A DNA stretch of 64,000 bases from an uncultured Coprococcus sp. (lineage in GTDB: Bacteria; Bacillota; Clostridia; Lachnospirales; Lachnospiraceae), in NCBI GenBank assembly GCA_947632705.1, contig CANRQE010000006.1, forward strand, positions 2,974 through 66,973, given 5' to 3'. The position numbers and the translations under genes are program-made. The notes beneath the pieces are model-generated. The model saw only the letters and a program-made list of their open reading frames with translations, was not told the DNA's origin and did no database searches. How positions within the stretch are numbered: position 1 is the stretch's first letter; each line of letters begins with the position of its first letter. Below, piece by piece: positions 1 through 8,750 of this stretch.

Positions 1-38
1 CATTCCCGGCAAAAAAAGATCTGTTTTTCTTTTGCCAT
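1..38 (-). CDS. radA: 5' end of DNA repair protein RadA/Sms (runs off the window edge)
   Basis: Not in the ORF track. The minus strand reads AGGAG-cagat-ATG then MAKEKQIFFCREC, the typical RadA start with the first CxxC of the Zn finger. clpC...radA linkage is established in Firmicutes. Confidence 0.8.
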   Translation of the reverse strand, partial: MAKEKQIFFCRE

Positions 39-46
39 ATCTGCTC

Positions 47-463
47 CTAATCATTGGCCTTTAAAACATCTACCTTTACGGCTCTTTCCGGTATCAGATC
101 GACACTGATATTCATCTTGCCGCCAAGATTTGTTTTGTTCTTTCCGACATATATATCATCAATATGAACCTTGTATTCCGTTTCAGCTTCAAGCTCAAGT
201 GTAATGGAAGAGGTCTCCGTTCCTTCTACCATAAAGGATACTTCCTCGTCTGAAGCCTTGAAATCATGCACGGCAGTACCCGGAACAGATTCATACACAA
301 ACAATCCGTTTCTTTCAAGCTTTGTAATTTCATTAAATGTCTTGATCTTGTAAATATCTCCCTTATACTCAAAACCATCCTTCTTGGTTTTTGTCTGCAA
401 CGCATAATTCCCGAAGCTTAATGCACCGGATGTTTCGCAGATCAAATCATTTACTACTGACAT
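47..463 (-). CDS. Conserved hypothetical protein, 138 aa (resembles a small Lachnospiraceae family often labelled 'endosialidase', a doubtful label)
   Basis: Intact ORF with a GGAGG RBS. Sequence looks beta-rich, with no catalytic motif recognised. Lies between clpC and radA. Confidence 0.7.
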   Translation of the reverse strand: MSVVNDLICETSGALSFGNYALQTKTKKDGFEYKGDIYKIKTFNEITKLERNGLFVYESVPGTAVHDFKASDEEVSFMVEGTETSSITLELEAETEYKVHIDDIYVGKNKTNLGGKMNISVDLIPERAVKVDVLKAND

Positions 464-596
464 TTTCTTATCCTCCCGTTACTTTTTATTTTTATCAAAT
501 ATATAGGCAGATCGTATAAAAAATACGTCAATGAATCATAAATCTGAACAAATTGATTATAACATGATTGACAGTCCTTTGGCTAGACCCATTATT

Positions 597-3035
597 TTAC
601 TTTACAGAAAATTTTAGCTTTCCGTTTCTGGCAGTTACCTGTACTGTATCTCCGGACTTCACATGTCCCTTCAAAATCTCTTCTGCAAGAGCATCCTCAA
701 CATTTGTCTGTATCGCACGTTTTAACGGTCTTGCGCCGTATTTTTTGTCATAACCCTTTTCAAAAATCAGATTTTTTAAGGAATCCCCATACCGGAGATC
801 CAGATTCATCTGTATCTTTACCCTGTTTTTCAGTTCCTTCAGCATCAGGGAGGTAATTTCTTTTACATTTTCCGTGCTGAGCGCACGGAAAACAATAATA
901 TCATCAATACGGTTCAAAAATTCCGGCTTAAAGCTCCGTTTCACCTCTTCCATAACATTGCTCTTCATAGTCTCGTGATCTTTATCCGCATTTTCCTCCG
1001 TCACAAATCCAAGTCTTTTCGGATCAATGATTCTCTGTGCACCTGTATTGGATGTCATAATAATAATGGTATTTTTAAAATCTACCTGACGCCCCTGTGA
1101 ATCGGTTATATGTCCGTCGTCCAATACCTGCAACAGAATATTGAATACATCGACATGCGCTTTTTCAATTTCATCAAACAATATCACCGAATACGGATTT
1201 GTCCGTACCTTCTCACTTAATTGTCCGCCCTCTTCAAAGCCCACATAGCCGGGCGGAGAGCCGATCATTTTGGAAACGCTGTGTTTTTCCATATATTCAG
1301 ACATATCTACCCGAATCAATGCATCCTCGCTTCCAAACACTGCTTCCGCCAGGGCTTTGGATAACTCCGTTTTACCGACGCCGGTCGGACCTAAAAAGAG
1401 GAAGGAGCCAACCGGACGTTTGGGATCCTTCAGACCTACCCTGCTCCGCTTGATTGCCTTGGCAACGGCATTTACCGCCTCATCCTGCCCCACTACGCGA
1501 AGATGCAGCTCTTTTTCCAGATTCTCCAGTCGTCTGGATTCCTTTTCCGTCAGTTTACTGACCGGAATTTTTGTCCATACAGATACTACATCTGCAATAT
1601 CCTCTTCTGTAACAACAGTCTTTTTAGAATCCGGATTACCGTTTTTCCGGCGATCCAGTTTCTTTTCTATCGTTTTCTGTCTGGCCACAATCTCAGCTGC
1701 CGCATCCATATTGCCCTCAACAAGAACATTTTCAAGATCTGTATTCAAAATCTGCAGTTCCTGCTCCAGTTCCTGCGTCTTCTGTCCCTGATTGCAAAAA
1801 CCCAGCCGTTTTCTTGAACATGCCTCATCCATCAGGTCGATTGCCTTATCCGGCAGAAATCTGTCACTGATATATCGCTCGGCAAGTGATACGGCCGCCT
1901 GTACTGCTTCATCACTGATCTCCACATTATGATGCGCTTCATAGCAATGACGCAATCCCATCAAAATCTCAACCGCCTCTTCCTTCGTCGGTTCCTCTAC
2001 ATAAACCGGCTGAAATCTTCTCTCTAAAGCAGCGTCCTTTTCAATATATTTCCGGTACTCTGCCCTTGTGGTGGCTCCGATCATCTGAATCTCACCACGG
2101 GAAAGGGACGGCTTCAGAATATTGGATGCATCAATGGCGCCCTCTGCACCGCCGGCGCCGATAATTGTATGAAGCTCATCCACAAACAGGATAATATTGC
2201 CGTCTGCCCGGACCTCCTGAATGACCTTTTTGATTCTTTCTTCAAACTCTCCACGATATTTGGAGCCTGCAACCATACTGGACAGGTCCAGGGACACCAG
2301 ACGTTTATCCCTGATTGTATCCGGTACATCCCCGCGCGCAATCATGCCTGCGATTCCTTCCACAACAGCGGTTTTTCCTACACCCGGTTCTCCTACCATA
2401 CATGGATTATTTTTCATACGTCTGCTTAAGATCTGCATCACCCGTTCAATTTCTTTCTTCCTTCCGATCACAGGGTCCAGATTCCCCTGTCTCGCTTCAT
2501 AGGTCAGGTCTCTGGAATACTGTTCCAGTGTCGGAGTCGCAGATTTGGTCTTATTCTGACTTTTTTTCATACTCATGAACTCTTTTTTTGCGGTATTTCC
2601 ATCCACACCGCAGGCCACCAGAGCATCGACATAAAGCTTTTGTATATTGATATTATCGGAAAAAAGCAGTCTGACTGCAACACAATCGGGAATCTGCAGC
2701 ATTGCAATCAGGATATGTTCGCTTCCTGTCTCCAGACTGCCCAGTCTTCTTGCTTCCTTTTCGGCATTTTCCAATATCTGCTTTGCACTGTTTGTATATC
2801 TGTCTTTTTCTGTTGTAAGGACCCCTCCCGGTTCCAGAGTCTGACTCAGCATTTCGATGATCTTCAGGATATCCACGCCGTTTTCTTCCAGAATCCGATG
2901 AGCGGCAGTTCCGTCAACCGTAGCAAGTCCGATCAGGAAATGTTCACTCCCCACAAAATTCTGTCCCAGCTTCTTTGCAATTTTTTTTGCCTCTTTCAAA
3001 ACCATATCTGCCTGTTGGCTAAATGGAAGCTTCAT
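597..3035 (-). CDS. clpC: ATP-dependent Clp protease ATP-binding subunit ClpC
   Basis: Two Clp-N repeats (GSEH motifs), two AAA+ modules (GEPGVGKT, GPTGVGKT), central coiled coil, C-terminal GARPLKR. Start moved to the ATG at 3035, after GAGGTG. Confidence 0.95.
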   Translation of the reverse strand: MKLPFSQQADMVLKEAKKIAKKLGQNFVGSEHFLIGLATVDGTAAHRILEENGVDILKIIEMLSQTLEPGGVLTTEKDRYTNSAKQILENAEKEARRLGSLETGSEHILIAMLQIPDCVAVRLLFSDNINIQKLYVDALVACGVDGNTAKKEFMSMKKSQNKTKSATPTLEQYSRDLTYEARQGNLDPVIGRKKEIERVMQILSRRMKNNPCMVGEPGVGKTAVVEGIAGMIARGDVPDTIRDKRLVSLDLSSMVAGSKYRGEFEERIKKVIQEVRADGNIILFVDELHTIIGAGGAEGAIDASNILKPSLSRGEIQMIGATTRAEYRKYIEKDAALERRFQPVYVEEPTKEEAVEILMGLRHCYEAHHNVEISDEAVQAAVSLAERYISDRFLPDKAIDLMDEACSRKRLGFCNQGQKTQELEQELQILNTDLENVLVEGNMDAAAEIVARQKTIEKKLDRRKNGNPDSKKTVVTEEDIADVVSVWTKIPVSKLTEKESRRLENLEKELHLRVVGQDEAVNAVAKAIKRSRVGLKDPKRPVGSFLFLGPTGVGKTELSKALAEAVFGSEDALIRVDMSEYMEKHSVSKMIGSPPGYVGFEEGGQLSEKVRTNPYSVILFDEIEKAHVDVFNILLQVLDDGHITDSQGRQVDFKNTIIIMTSNTGAQRIIDPKRLGFVTEENADKDHETMKSNVMEEVKRSFKPEFLNRIDDIIVFRALSTENVKEITSLMLKELKNRVKIQMNLDLRYGDSLKNLIFEKGYDKKYGARPLKRAIQTNVEDALAEEILKGHVKSGDTVQVTARNGKLKFSVK

Positions 3036-3062
3036 TTTATATTCACCTCGCATAATAAGATA

Positions 3063-3088
3063 TATCTGGTCATGCACCTGACCAGATA
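3063..3088. promoter_or_regulatory. Perfect 10-bp inverted repeat upstream of clpC (candidate operator)
   Basis: TATCTGGTCA-N6-TGACCAGATA, about 30 nt upstream of the clpC start. Confidence 0.4.
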
Positions 3089-3090
3089 AG

Positions 3091-3136
3091 GAAAAAGGCT
3101 CCGGAATAAATACAGATTTATCCCCAGAGTCTTTTC
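3091..3136 (-). terminator. Probable intrinsic terminator after purD
   Basis: Long imperfect hairpin (AAAAGACTC...GAGCCTTTT on the minus strand) ending in a T tract. Confidence 0.55.
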
Positions 3137-3152
3137 TTTTGTTCAGCTTATG

Positions 3153-4424
3153 TTATTGTTCATCAATCGCTTTACCGATATCGTGACGCATATATTTGTT
3201 ATCAAAGGTAATCCAATCCGTTGCTTCATAAGCCTTTGCCCTGGCTTCAAACAGATCCTTTCCCTTGGCTGTTACCCCCAGAACTCTGCCACCGTTGGTA
3301 ACCACCTGTCCTGCCTCAAGCTTCGTACCGGCATGGAAAGCATAATAATCTTCCTTTCCTTCAAAAGCCGACAGTCCCCGGATCGGAAATCCTTTTTCAT
3401 AAGAGACGGGATATCCCTCCGATGCCAGAACCACACAGACAGCCGCATTATCTTCAAACTCCAGCTGTATCTGATCAAGAGTTCCGTCAATACAGGCCTC
3501 CATCACATCTATGATATCGTTTTTCATTCTCGGCAAAACCACCTGCGCTTCCGGATCCCCGAATCTGGCATTATATTCAAGCACTTTGACTCCCTGCTTT
3601 GTAATCATCAGACCACAAAACAGAACGCCCTTGAATTCTCTGCCCTCCGCCTTCATTGCCGCCATGGTCGGCCGGTATATATGCTCCATACAATATGCAT
3701 GGATCTCATCTGTATAGAACGGACTTGGGGAAAAAGTTCCCATTCCGCCGGTATTCAGGCCCCGGTCTCCATCCATGGCCCTTTTATGATCCTGAGCGGA
3801 AGTCATCGGCAATATAGTGGTTCCGTCGCAAAATGCCAGTACGGAAACCTCTCTGCCGGTCATAAACTCCTCAATCACCATAGTATTCCCGGCATCACCA
3901 AAATGCTTATCCTGCATAATCTCTTTTACACCGGCTCTGGCTTCTTCCAATGTATTGCAGATCAGAACACCCTTTCCAAGTGCCAGACCGTCCGCCTTTA
4001 ATACGATCGGAAAGCTTGCATCTTCCAGATAAGCATAAGCCGCCTCCGCATCCGTAAAATTCTCATATGCTGCTGTCGGAATATTGTATTTCTTCATCAG
4101 ATCCTTGGAGAATGCTTTGGAGCCTTCGATAATGGCAGCATTTGCTCTCGGACCGAAAGCTCTGATGCCTGCCGCCTCAAATGCATCTACCGCACCGGCA
4201 ACCAGCGGATCATCCGGAGCCACAATCACCAGATCGACTGCCTGCTCCTTTGCAAAGGCAACCAGCCGGTCAAAGTCCATAACACCGATATTGACACATT
4301 CTGCAAGTCCGGCAATTCCGGCGTTTCCCGGTGCACAATAAATCTTTGATACCCTGCGGCTCTTTGCAACACTGGTAACAATAGCATGTTCTCTTCCACC
4401 ACTTCCTACGACTAAAACCTTCAT
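3153..4424 (-). CDS. purD: Phosphoribosylamine--glycine ligase
   Basis: MKVLVVGSGGREHA start, ATP-grasp motifs (KADGLALGKGV, GLNTGGMG, EYNARFGDPE). Start corrected to 4424, after AGGAG. Confidence 0.97.
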   Translation of the reverse strand: MKVLVVGSGGREHAIVTSVAKSRRVSKIYCAPGNAGIAGLAECVNIGVMDFDRLVAFAKEQAVDLVIVAPDDPLVAGAVDAFEAAGIRAFGPRANAAIIEGSKAFSKDLMKKYNIPTAAYENFTDAEAAYAYLEDASFPIVLKADGLALGKGVLICNTLEEARAGVKEIMQDKHFGDAGNTMVIEEFMTGREVSVLAFCDGTTILPMTSAQDHKRAMDGDRGLNTGGMGTFSPSPFYTDEIHAYCMEHIYRPTMAAMKAEGREFKGVLFCGLMITKQGVKVLEYNARFGDPEAQVVLPRMKNDIIDVMEACIDGTLDQIQLEFEDNAAVCVVLASEGYPVSYEKGFPIRGLSAFEGKEDYYAFHAGTKLEAGQVVTNGGRVLGVTAKGKDLFEARAKAYEATDWITFDNKYMRHDIGKAIDEQ

Positions 4425-4452
4425 GTCTGTTCTCCTTTTTCTCTGTTTGTTT

Positions 4453-5115
4453 TCAGTGGATATCCTTTCCGGTCTCTGTTTGTGAAAACGAGACATCCAC
4501 CCTGACGATACCATCTGTTACGCTTACCTTTCCATTGGCAATCTTATCGATAACGGCAGGAAGGAGGATCCACTCTGCCTGTTCCATCACCCTCTGCTGC
4601 AGCTGTTTCGGAGTATCTCCGTTTTCTACCGGAACTGCCTTTTGCATGATGATTGGTCCCGTATCTGTACCTTTATCCACAAAATGTACTGTTGCGCCTG
4701 TCACCTTAACGCCTCTTGCAAGAACAGCCTCATGTACCTTCAGTCCATAAAAGCCTGTACCGCAAAAAGCCGGAATCAGTGACGGATGAATATTAATAAT
4801 CCGATTCGGATATGCATCTATCATCTTTTCAGGTATCACTACAAGGTACCCTGCGAGAACGATCAGATCAACCGCAAAAGATGAAACCGTATCGAGCAGC
4901 GCCTGATGAAAGGTCTCCCTGTCCGCATAGTCCTTTGGTGAAACAACGCAGGCAGGAATTCCCGCTCTTTTTGCCCTTTCCAAAGCATATGCATTACGGT
5001 TGTTACTGATCACACCTGCAATTTCCGTATTGGTGATTGTTCCGTCTGCAATTGCATCTATGATTGCCTGAAGATTCGTACCCCCTCCGGATACAAGTAC
5101 AGCGATCCTTAGCAT
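4453..5115 (-). CDS. purN: Phosphoribosylglycinamide formyltransferase
   Basis: [39 protein letters not shown] motifs. Confidence 0.97.
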   Translation of the reverse strand: MLRIAVLVSGGGTNLQAIIDAIADGTITNTEIAGVISNNRNAYALERAKRAGIPACVVSPKDYADRETFHQALLDTVSSFAVDLIVLAGYLVVIPEKMIDAYPNRIINIHPSLIPAFCGTGFYGLKVHEAVLARGVKVTGATVHFVDKGTDTGPIIMQKAVPVENGDTPKQLQQRVMEQAEWILLPAVIDKIANGKVSVTDGIVRVDVSFSQTETGKDIH

Positions 5116-6134
5116 ATTTCTACTCCTTTTTCTCCTGTCCGGACAGTGCCTATTACATAGGCAGTCTCCCCTGCAGCTTCAATGGCACGGATTGTCTGTT
5201 CCACATCCGACGGGTCTATGGCAATACACATGCCGATTCCCATATTATAGGTATTATACATCATTCTTTCTTCTATATCACCGGTCTCCTGAAGCAGTCG
5301 GAATATAGCCGGAACCTCATAGGAATTCCTGTCTATAACCGCACAGACTCCATCCGGCAGCATTCTTGGAATATTCTCATAGAAACCGCCCCCGGTAATA
5401 TGACTGCAGCCCTTAACTGTAACGCCAGCATTCTGAATGGCCTTTAAAGCCTTCACATATATCTTGGTAGGTGTAAGGAGCGCCTCCCCTAAAGTTGTAC
5501 CAAGCACTTCATAATATGTATCCAGCGACTGTTTTGTCATCTCGAATACTTTTCTGACCAACGAAAATCCGTTGCTGTGCAGACCGCTTGAGGCAATGCC
5601 GATCAAGGAATCCCCCGGTTTGATATTTCTGCCCGTGATCAGATTTTTTTCATCTACAATTCCTACAGCAAAGCCGGCAAGGTCATATTCATCTTCAGGC
5701 ATCAGACCCGGATGCTCCGCCGTCTCCCCACCGATCAGCGCCGCTCCCGCCTGTGCGCATCCCTCTGCCACACCGCTGACGATCGTCGCAATCTTTTCAG
5801 GATAATTCTTTCCACATGCAATATAATCCAGGAAAAACAGTGGTTCGCCGCCTGCACATGCTACATCGTTCACGCACATCGCAACACAGTCAATACCTAT
5901 TGTATCATGCCTGTCCATCAAAAACGCAAGCTTGATTTTCGTACCTACTCCATCCGTACCGGAAAGCAGTGTGGGATGCTCCATGTTTTTAACCGTATCC
6001 ATGGAAAATGCTCCCGAAAAACCTCCGATACCTGTCAGTACCTCCGGTCTCATTGTTTTCTTTATATGCTCCTTCATCAGCTCTACGGACTGATAACCTG
6101 CTTCAATATCCACGCCGGCATTCTTGTAATCCAT
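5109..6134 (-). CDS. purM: Phosphoribosylformylglycinamidine cyclo-ligase (AIR synthetase)
   Basis: [10 protein letters not shown] start, [21 protein letters not shown] motifs. Start corrected to 6134. Confidence 0.97.
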   Translation of the reverse strand: MDYKNAGVDIEAGYQSVELMKEHIKKTMRPEVLTGIGGFSGAFSMDTVKNMEHPTLLSGTDGVGTKIKLAFLMDRHDTIGIDCVAMCVNDVACAGGEPLFFLDYIACGKNYPEKIATIVSGVAEGCAQAGAALIGGETAEHPGLMPEDEYDLAGFAVGIVDEKNLITGRNIKPGDSLIGIASSGLHSNGFSLVRKVFEMTKQSLDTYYEVLGTTLGEALLTPTKIYVKALKAIQNAGVTVKGCSHITGGGFYENIPRMLPDGVCAVIDRNSYEVPAIFRLLQETGDIEERMMYNTYNMGIGMCIAIDPSDVEQTIRAIEAAGETAYVIGTVRTGEKGVEIC

Positions 6135-6207
6135 TTCAACATATCCTCCTGTCATCTGCATAATCCTGTATCGTTTCATTGGGAAAGTCTCTCCCTGGCT
6201 GACATAA

Positions 6208-6236
6208 ATTATAAGTGATGAACGAGACTTTGTAAA
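6208..6236 (-). promoter_or_regulatory. SigA-type promoter for purM-purN-purD
   Basis: TTTACA-N17-TATAAT on the minus strand. Confidence 0.7.
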
Positions 6237-6283
6237 GGAGATTTCCGCCTGCCTGAATTTTCTTTTTTCTTCGTAATTATAAT

Positions 6284-6312
6284 TTGATAATCCTTACTGT
6301 TTATGGTACAAT
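6284..6312 (+). promoter_or_regulatory. SigA-type promoter for the first GGDEF gene
   Basis: TTGATA-N17-TACAAT with an extended -10 TG. Confidence 0.7.
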
Positions 6313-6418
6313 ATACCAAATATTTTTATTTTTTATCAGTGCAAGCAGATACAAAAGAGCTGATACCGGCAGACTTTTTATATACCGTAGTATCGAAAAT
6401 GATACAGAGGAGTTTCAT

Positions 6419-8731
6419 ATGACCAACAATCGATTAAATATAGGGCTGTTTACATGCCATCTGGACAATGATTATGCTTTGGAGATATGCAAAGGCGCAG
6501 AATATGCCGCAAGAGAATTAGATGTGAACCTGATTGTCTTTCCCGGTATGTTTTTAAATGCGTCCTTTAACGATCCGGAAAATGAATTGTACGATTATCA
6601 GTATAACTCCATTTATTATTATGCCAATTCTGACAATCTGGATGCCCTGATTGTTTCTGTCGGTTCGATTGCCCCGTTTCTGTCAGAGCGGGATATTCAT
6701 AAATTTTTATCCCATTTTGAAGGAATTCCGATACTGACCTTGGAAATTGAGGTTCCGGGATATCCTTATCTTCAGACAGACAGCACCATCGGATTAAAGG
6801 ACGCCATTGAGCACCTGATCCATGTGCATAACAGAAAGCATATCTGCTTTGTCAGCGGACGTATGAATAATGCAAACGCCGTACAGCGTCTGAATATCTA
6901 TAAACAGGTTCTGAAAGAACACAATATGGAAGTCACGGAGGATATGATCGTATATGGAGACTTTTCCGAATACTGCCGTCCAATCGTAAGCACCCTTCTG
7001 GATCAGAATCCTGAGGTGGACGCCATCGTATTTGCAAACGATCAGATGGCAATCGGCGGGTATGCAGAATTAAAAAGCCGCGGTATCCGTATCGGTGCTG
7101 ACGTCAGTGTGATCGGATTTGACGATTCACCGGTTGCGGTCACGATGGATCCTCCGTTAACCACCGTCAATGTGAACTCATCTGATCTGGGATATCGTGC
7201 CGTGCATGAAGCCGTACAGCTCTATAAAACAGGTACGATCACGACTTCGGTTTTAGATTCACGCTTTATCAGGCGTCTTTCCTGTAACTGTGACCTGTTT
7301 ACCCCTGCCGGCAGCGAATCTGTACAGTCGGAGTTTTCCCATGCCCACAATATGGATGAAATGATTGAGCTGTTAGACCTGCTGCTCCTGAATAATATAC
7401 GCAACTCGTTCTATGCCCCAATGGTTTATGACAAGTTTAATGACATCTTCCGGGATATCCTGGAGACGGTACTCGCACCGGAAGTGCTTCCTTATCCAAA
7501 AGAAAAGATTATCGACAAATTAAATATTATGCTGCATTCTCCGATGATTGAGTTCTTTTCCGTCGCAAAAATCGCCTATGTATTCCGGAAATTTGCCGCA
7601 TTGTTTACAGGTAATATGACAAATACAGACAAACGGGCGCAATATAATCGTCTGAATGCACGGATTACCAGCACCATATCTTTGTTCCTGTCTACAAAGC
7701 TTTATAATGAAATGCGGGATAATAAAATGAGTGCGTGGTCTTCCATTTATATTACGAGAGATACTCTGACCTATGGTGAGGACACGGAAAAAACCTATTC
7801 CCTGATCATTTCCAAGCTGAAGGATCTCGGGTTCTCCGCCTCATACATTTATGTCTATGATGATGAGATCAAAATTCATGACGACGGTCAGTGGATTGTT
7901 CCAAAATCTCTGTTCCTGCAGGCATATTATAATACGAGCCATACCGGTGTGTTATTTGGCGAATCCAGACGGACGCCGGCGTCAGAAATATTTGACAATG
8001 AATATACCTGTTATGAAGAACGGTTTACTGCCGTCATTGTCCCGATCTTTACAAATGAGGAGCACCATGGACTGTTCATCTGTAATACGGATGTCACAAA
8101 CTTTAAAAATATATATTCCACCAGTCTCCAGCTTGGAGCTTCCCTGAAGTATATGTCTCTTCTGAATGAACAGCTTACCACACAGGAGCAGCTCATGATG
8201 TCGTTAAATGAGATTCATGAAAAAAATGAACTTCTGAATCATCTGTCCACCTCTGACGAACTGACGGGCGTAAATAACCGCCGTGGATTTATGGAAAAGG
8301 CAGACTATCAGATCCACATTCCTGCAAACATGAACCGGAAGGCTATGATGTTGTTTGCAGATATGGATTCTTTAAAGGTCGTAAATGACAAATTCGGACA
8401 CAAGGACGGAGATTTTGCATTAAAAAACATTGCAAATATCCTCTCTGCAAGCTTCCGGCCAACAGATATTATCGGAAGAATCGGCGGAGACGAATTTGTA
8501 TGCTTTGCATTTGTGGACGAGCCTGATTTTGTAAAAGAAGTCCAGAACCGGATCCATCAGCTGTCGGATGAATTAAACGCAAGCTGCGGCAAGCCATACT
8601 TTATAGAAATGAGTGTGGGTATTTCAGAGTTTACGTGCAATATGGAAATGAAGATTGAAGATTTGCTGTCCCGTGCAGACAATGCACTCTATTCCAATAA
8701 AAGATATAAGCGTTTATCCGTAATCAAATAA
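6419..8731 (+). CDS. Diguanylate cyclase with an N-terminal LacI/periplasmic-binding-protein-like sensor domain (paralog 1)
   Basis: N-terminus is LacI ligand-domain-like (IVFANDQMAIG, VIGFDD, PPLTTV) and lacks an HTH. C-terminus has D-L-VNDKFGH-GD, an RPTD I-site and an intact GGDEF. Start moved to 6419, after GAGGAG. Confidence 0.9.
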   Translation: MTNNRLNIGLFTCHLDNDYALEICKGAEYAARELDVNLIVFPGMFLNASFNDPENELYDYQYNSIYYYANSDNLDALIVSVGSIAPFLSERDIHKFLSHFEGIPILTLEIEVPGYPYLQTDSTIGLKDAIEHLIHVHNRKHICFVSGRMNNANAVQRLNIYKQVLKEHNMEVTEDMIVYGDFSEYCRPIVSTLLDQNPEVDAIVFANDQMAIGGYAELKSRGIRIGADVSVIGFDDSPVAVTMDPPLTTVNVNSSDLGYRAVHEAVQLYKTGTITTSVLDSRFIRRLSCNCDLFTPAGSESVQSEFSHAHNMDEMIELLDLLLLNNIRNSFYAPMVYDKFNDIFRDILETVLAPEVLPYPKEKIIDKLNIMLHSPMIEFFSVAKIAYVFRKFAALFTGNMTNTDKRAQYNRLNARITSTISLFLSTKLYNEMRDNKMSAWSSIYITRDTLTYGEDTEKTYSLIISKLKDLGFSASYIYVYDDEIKIHDDGQWIVPKSLFLQAYYNTSHTGVLFGESRRTPASEIFDNEYTCYEERFTAVIVPIFTNEEHHGLFICNTDVTNFKNIYSTSLQLGASLKYMSLLNEQLTTQEQLMMSLNEIHEKNELLNHLSTSDELTGVNNRRGFMEKADYQIHIPANMNRKAMMLFADMDSLKVVNDKFGHKDGDFALKNIANILSASFRPTDIIGRIGGDEFVCFAFVDEPDFVKEVQNRIHQLSDELNASCGKPYFIEMSVGISEFTCNMEMKIEDLLSRADNALYSNKRYKRLSVIK

Positions 8732-8739
8732 ACGCTTAT
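8706..8739. terminator. 12-bp inverted repeat between convergent genes
   Basis: ATAAGCGTTTAT-N10-ATAAACGCTTAT spans the GGDEF stop codon. No clear U tract. Confidence 0.4.
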
Positions 8740-8750
8740 CCTATATCCTT

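Noticed and set aside
6135-6283. Possible purine or ZMP/ZTP riboswitch or PurR box upstream of purM
   Set aside because: The predicted 5' UTR is only about 70 nt with one small hairpin and no riboswitch consensus. The 8-bp inverted pair AAAGTCTC/GAGACTTT is too weak to call.
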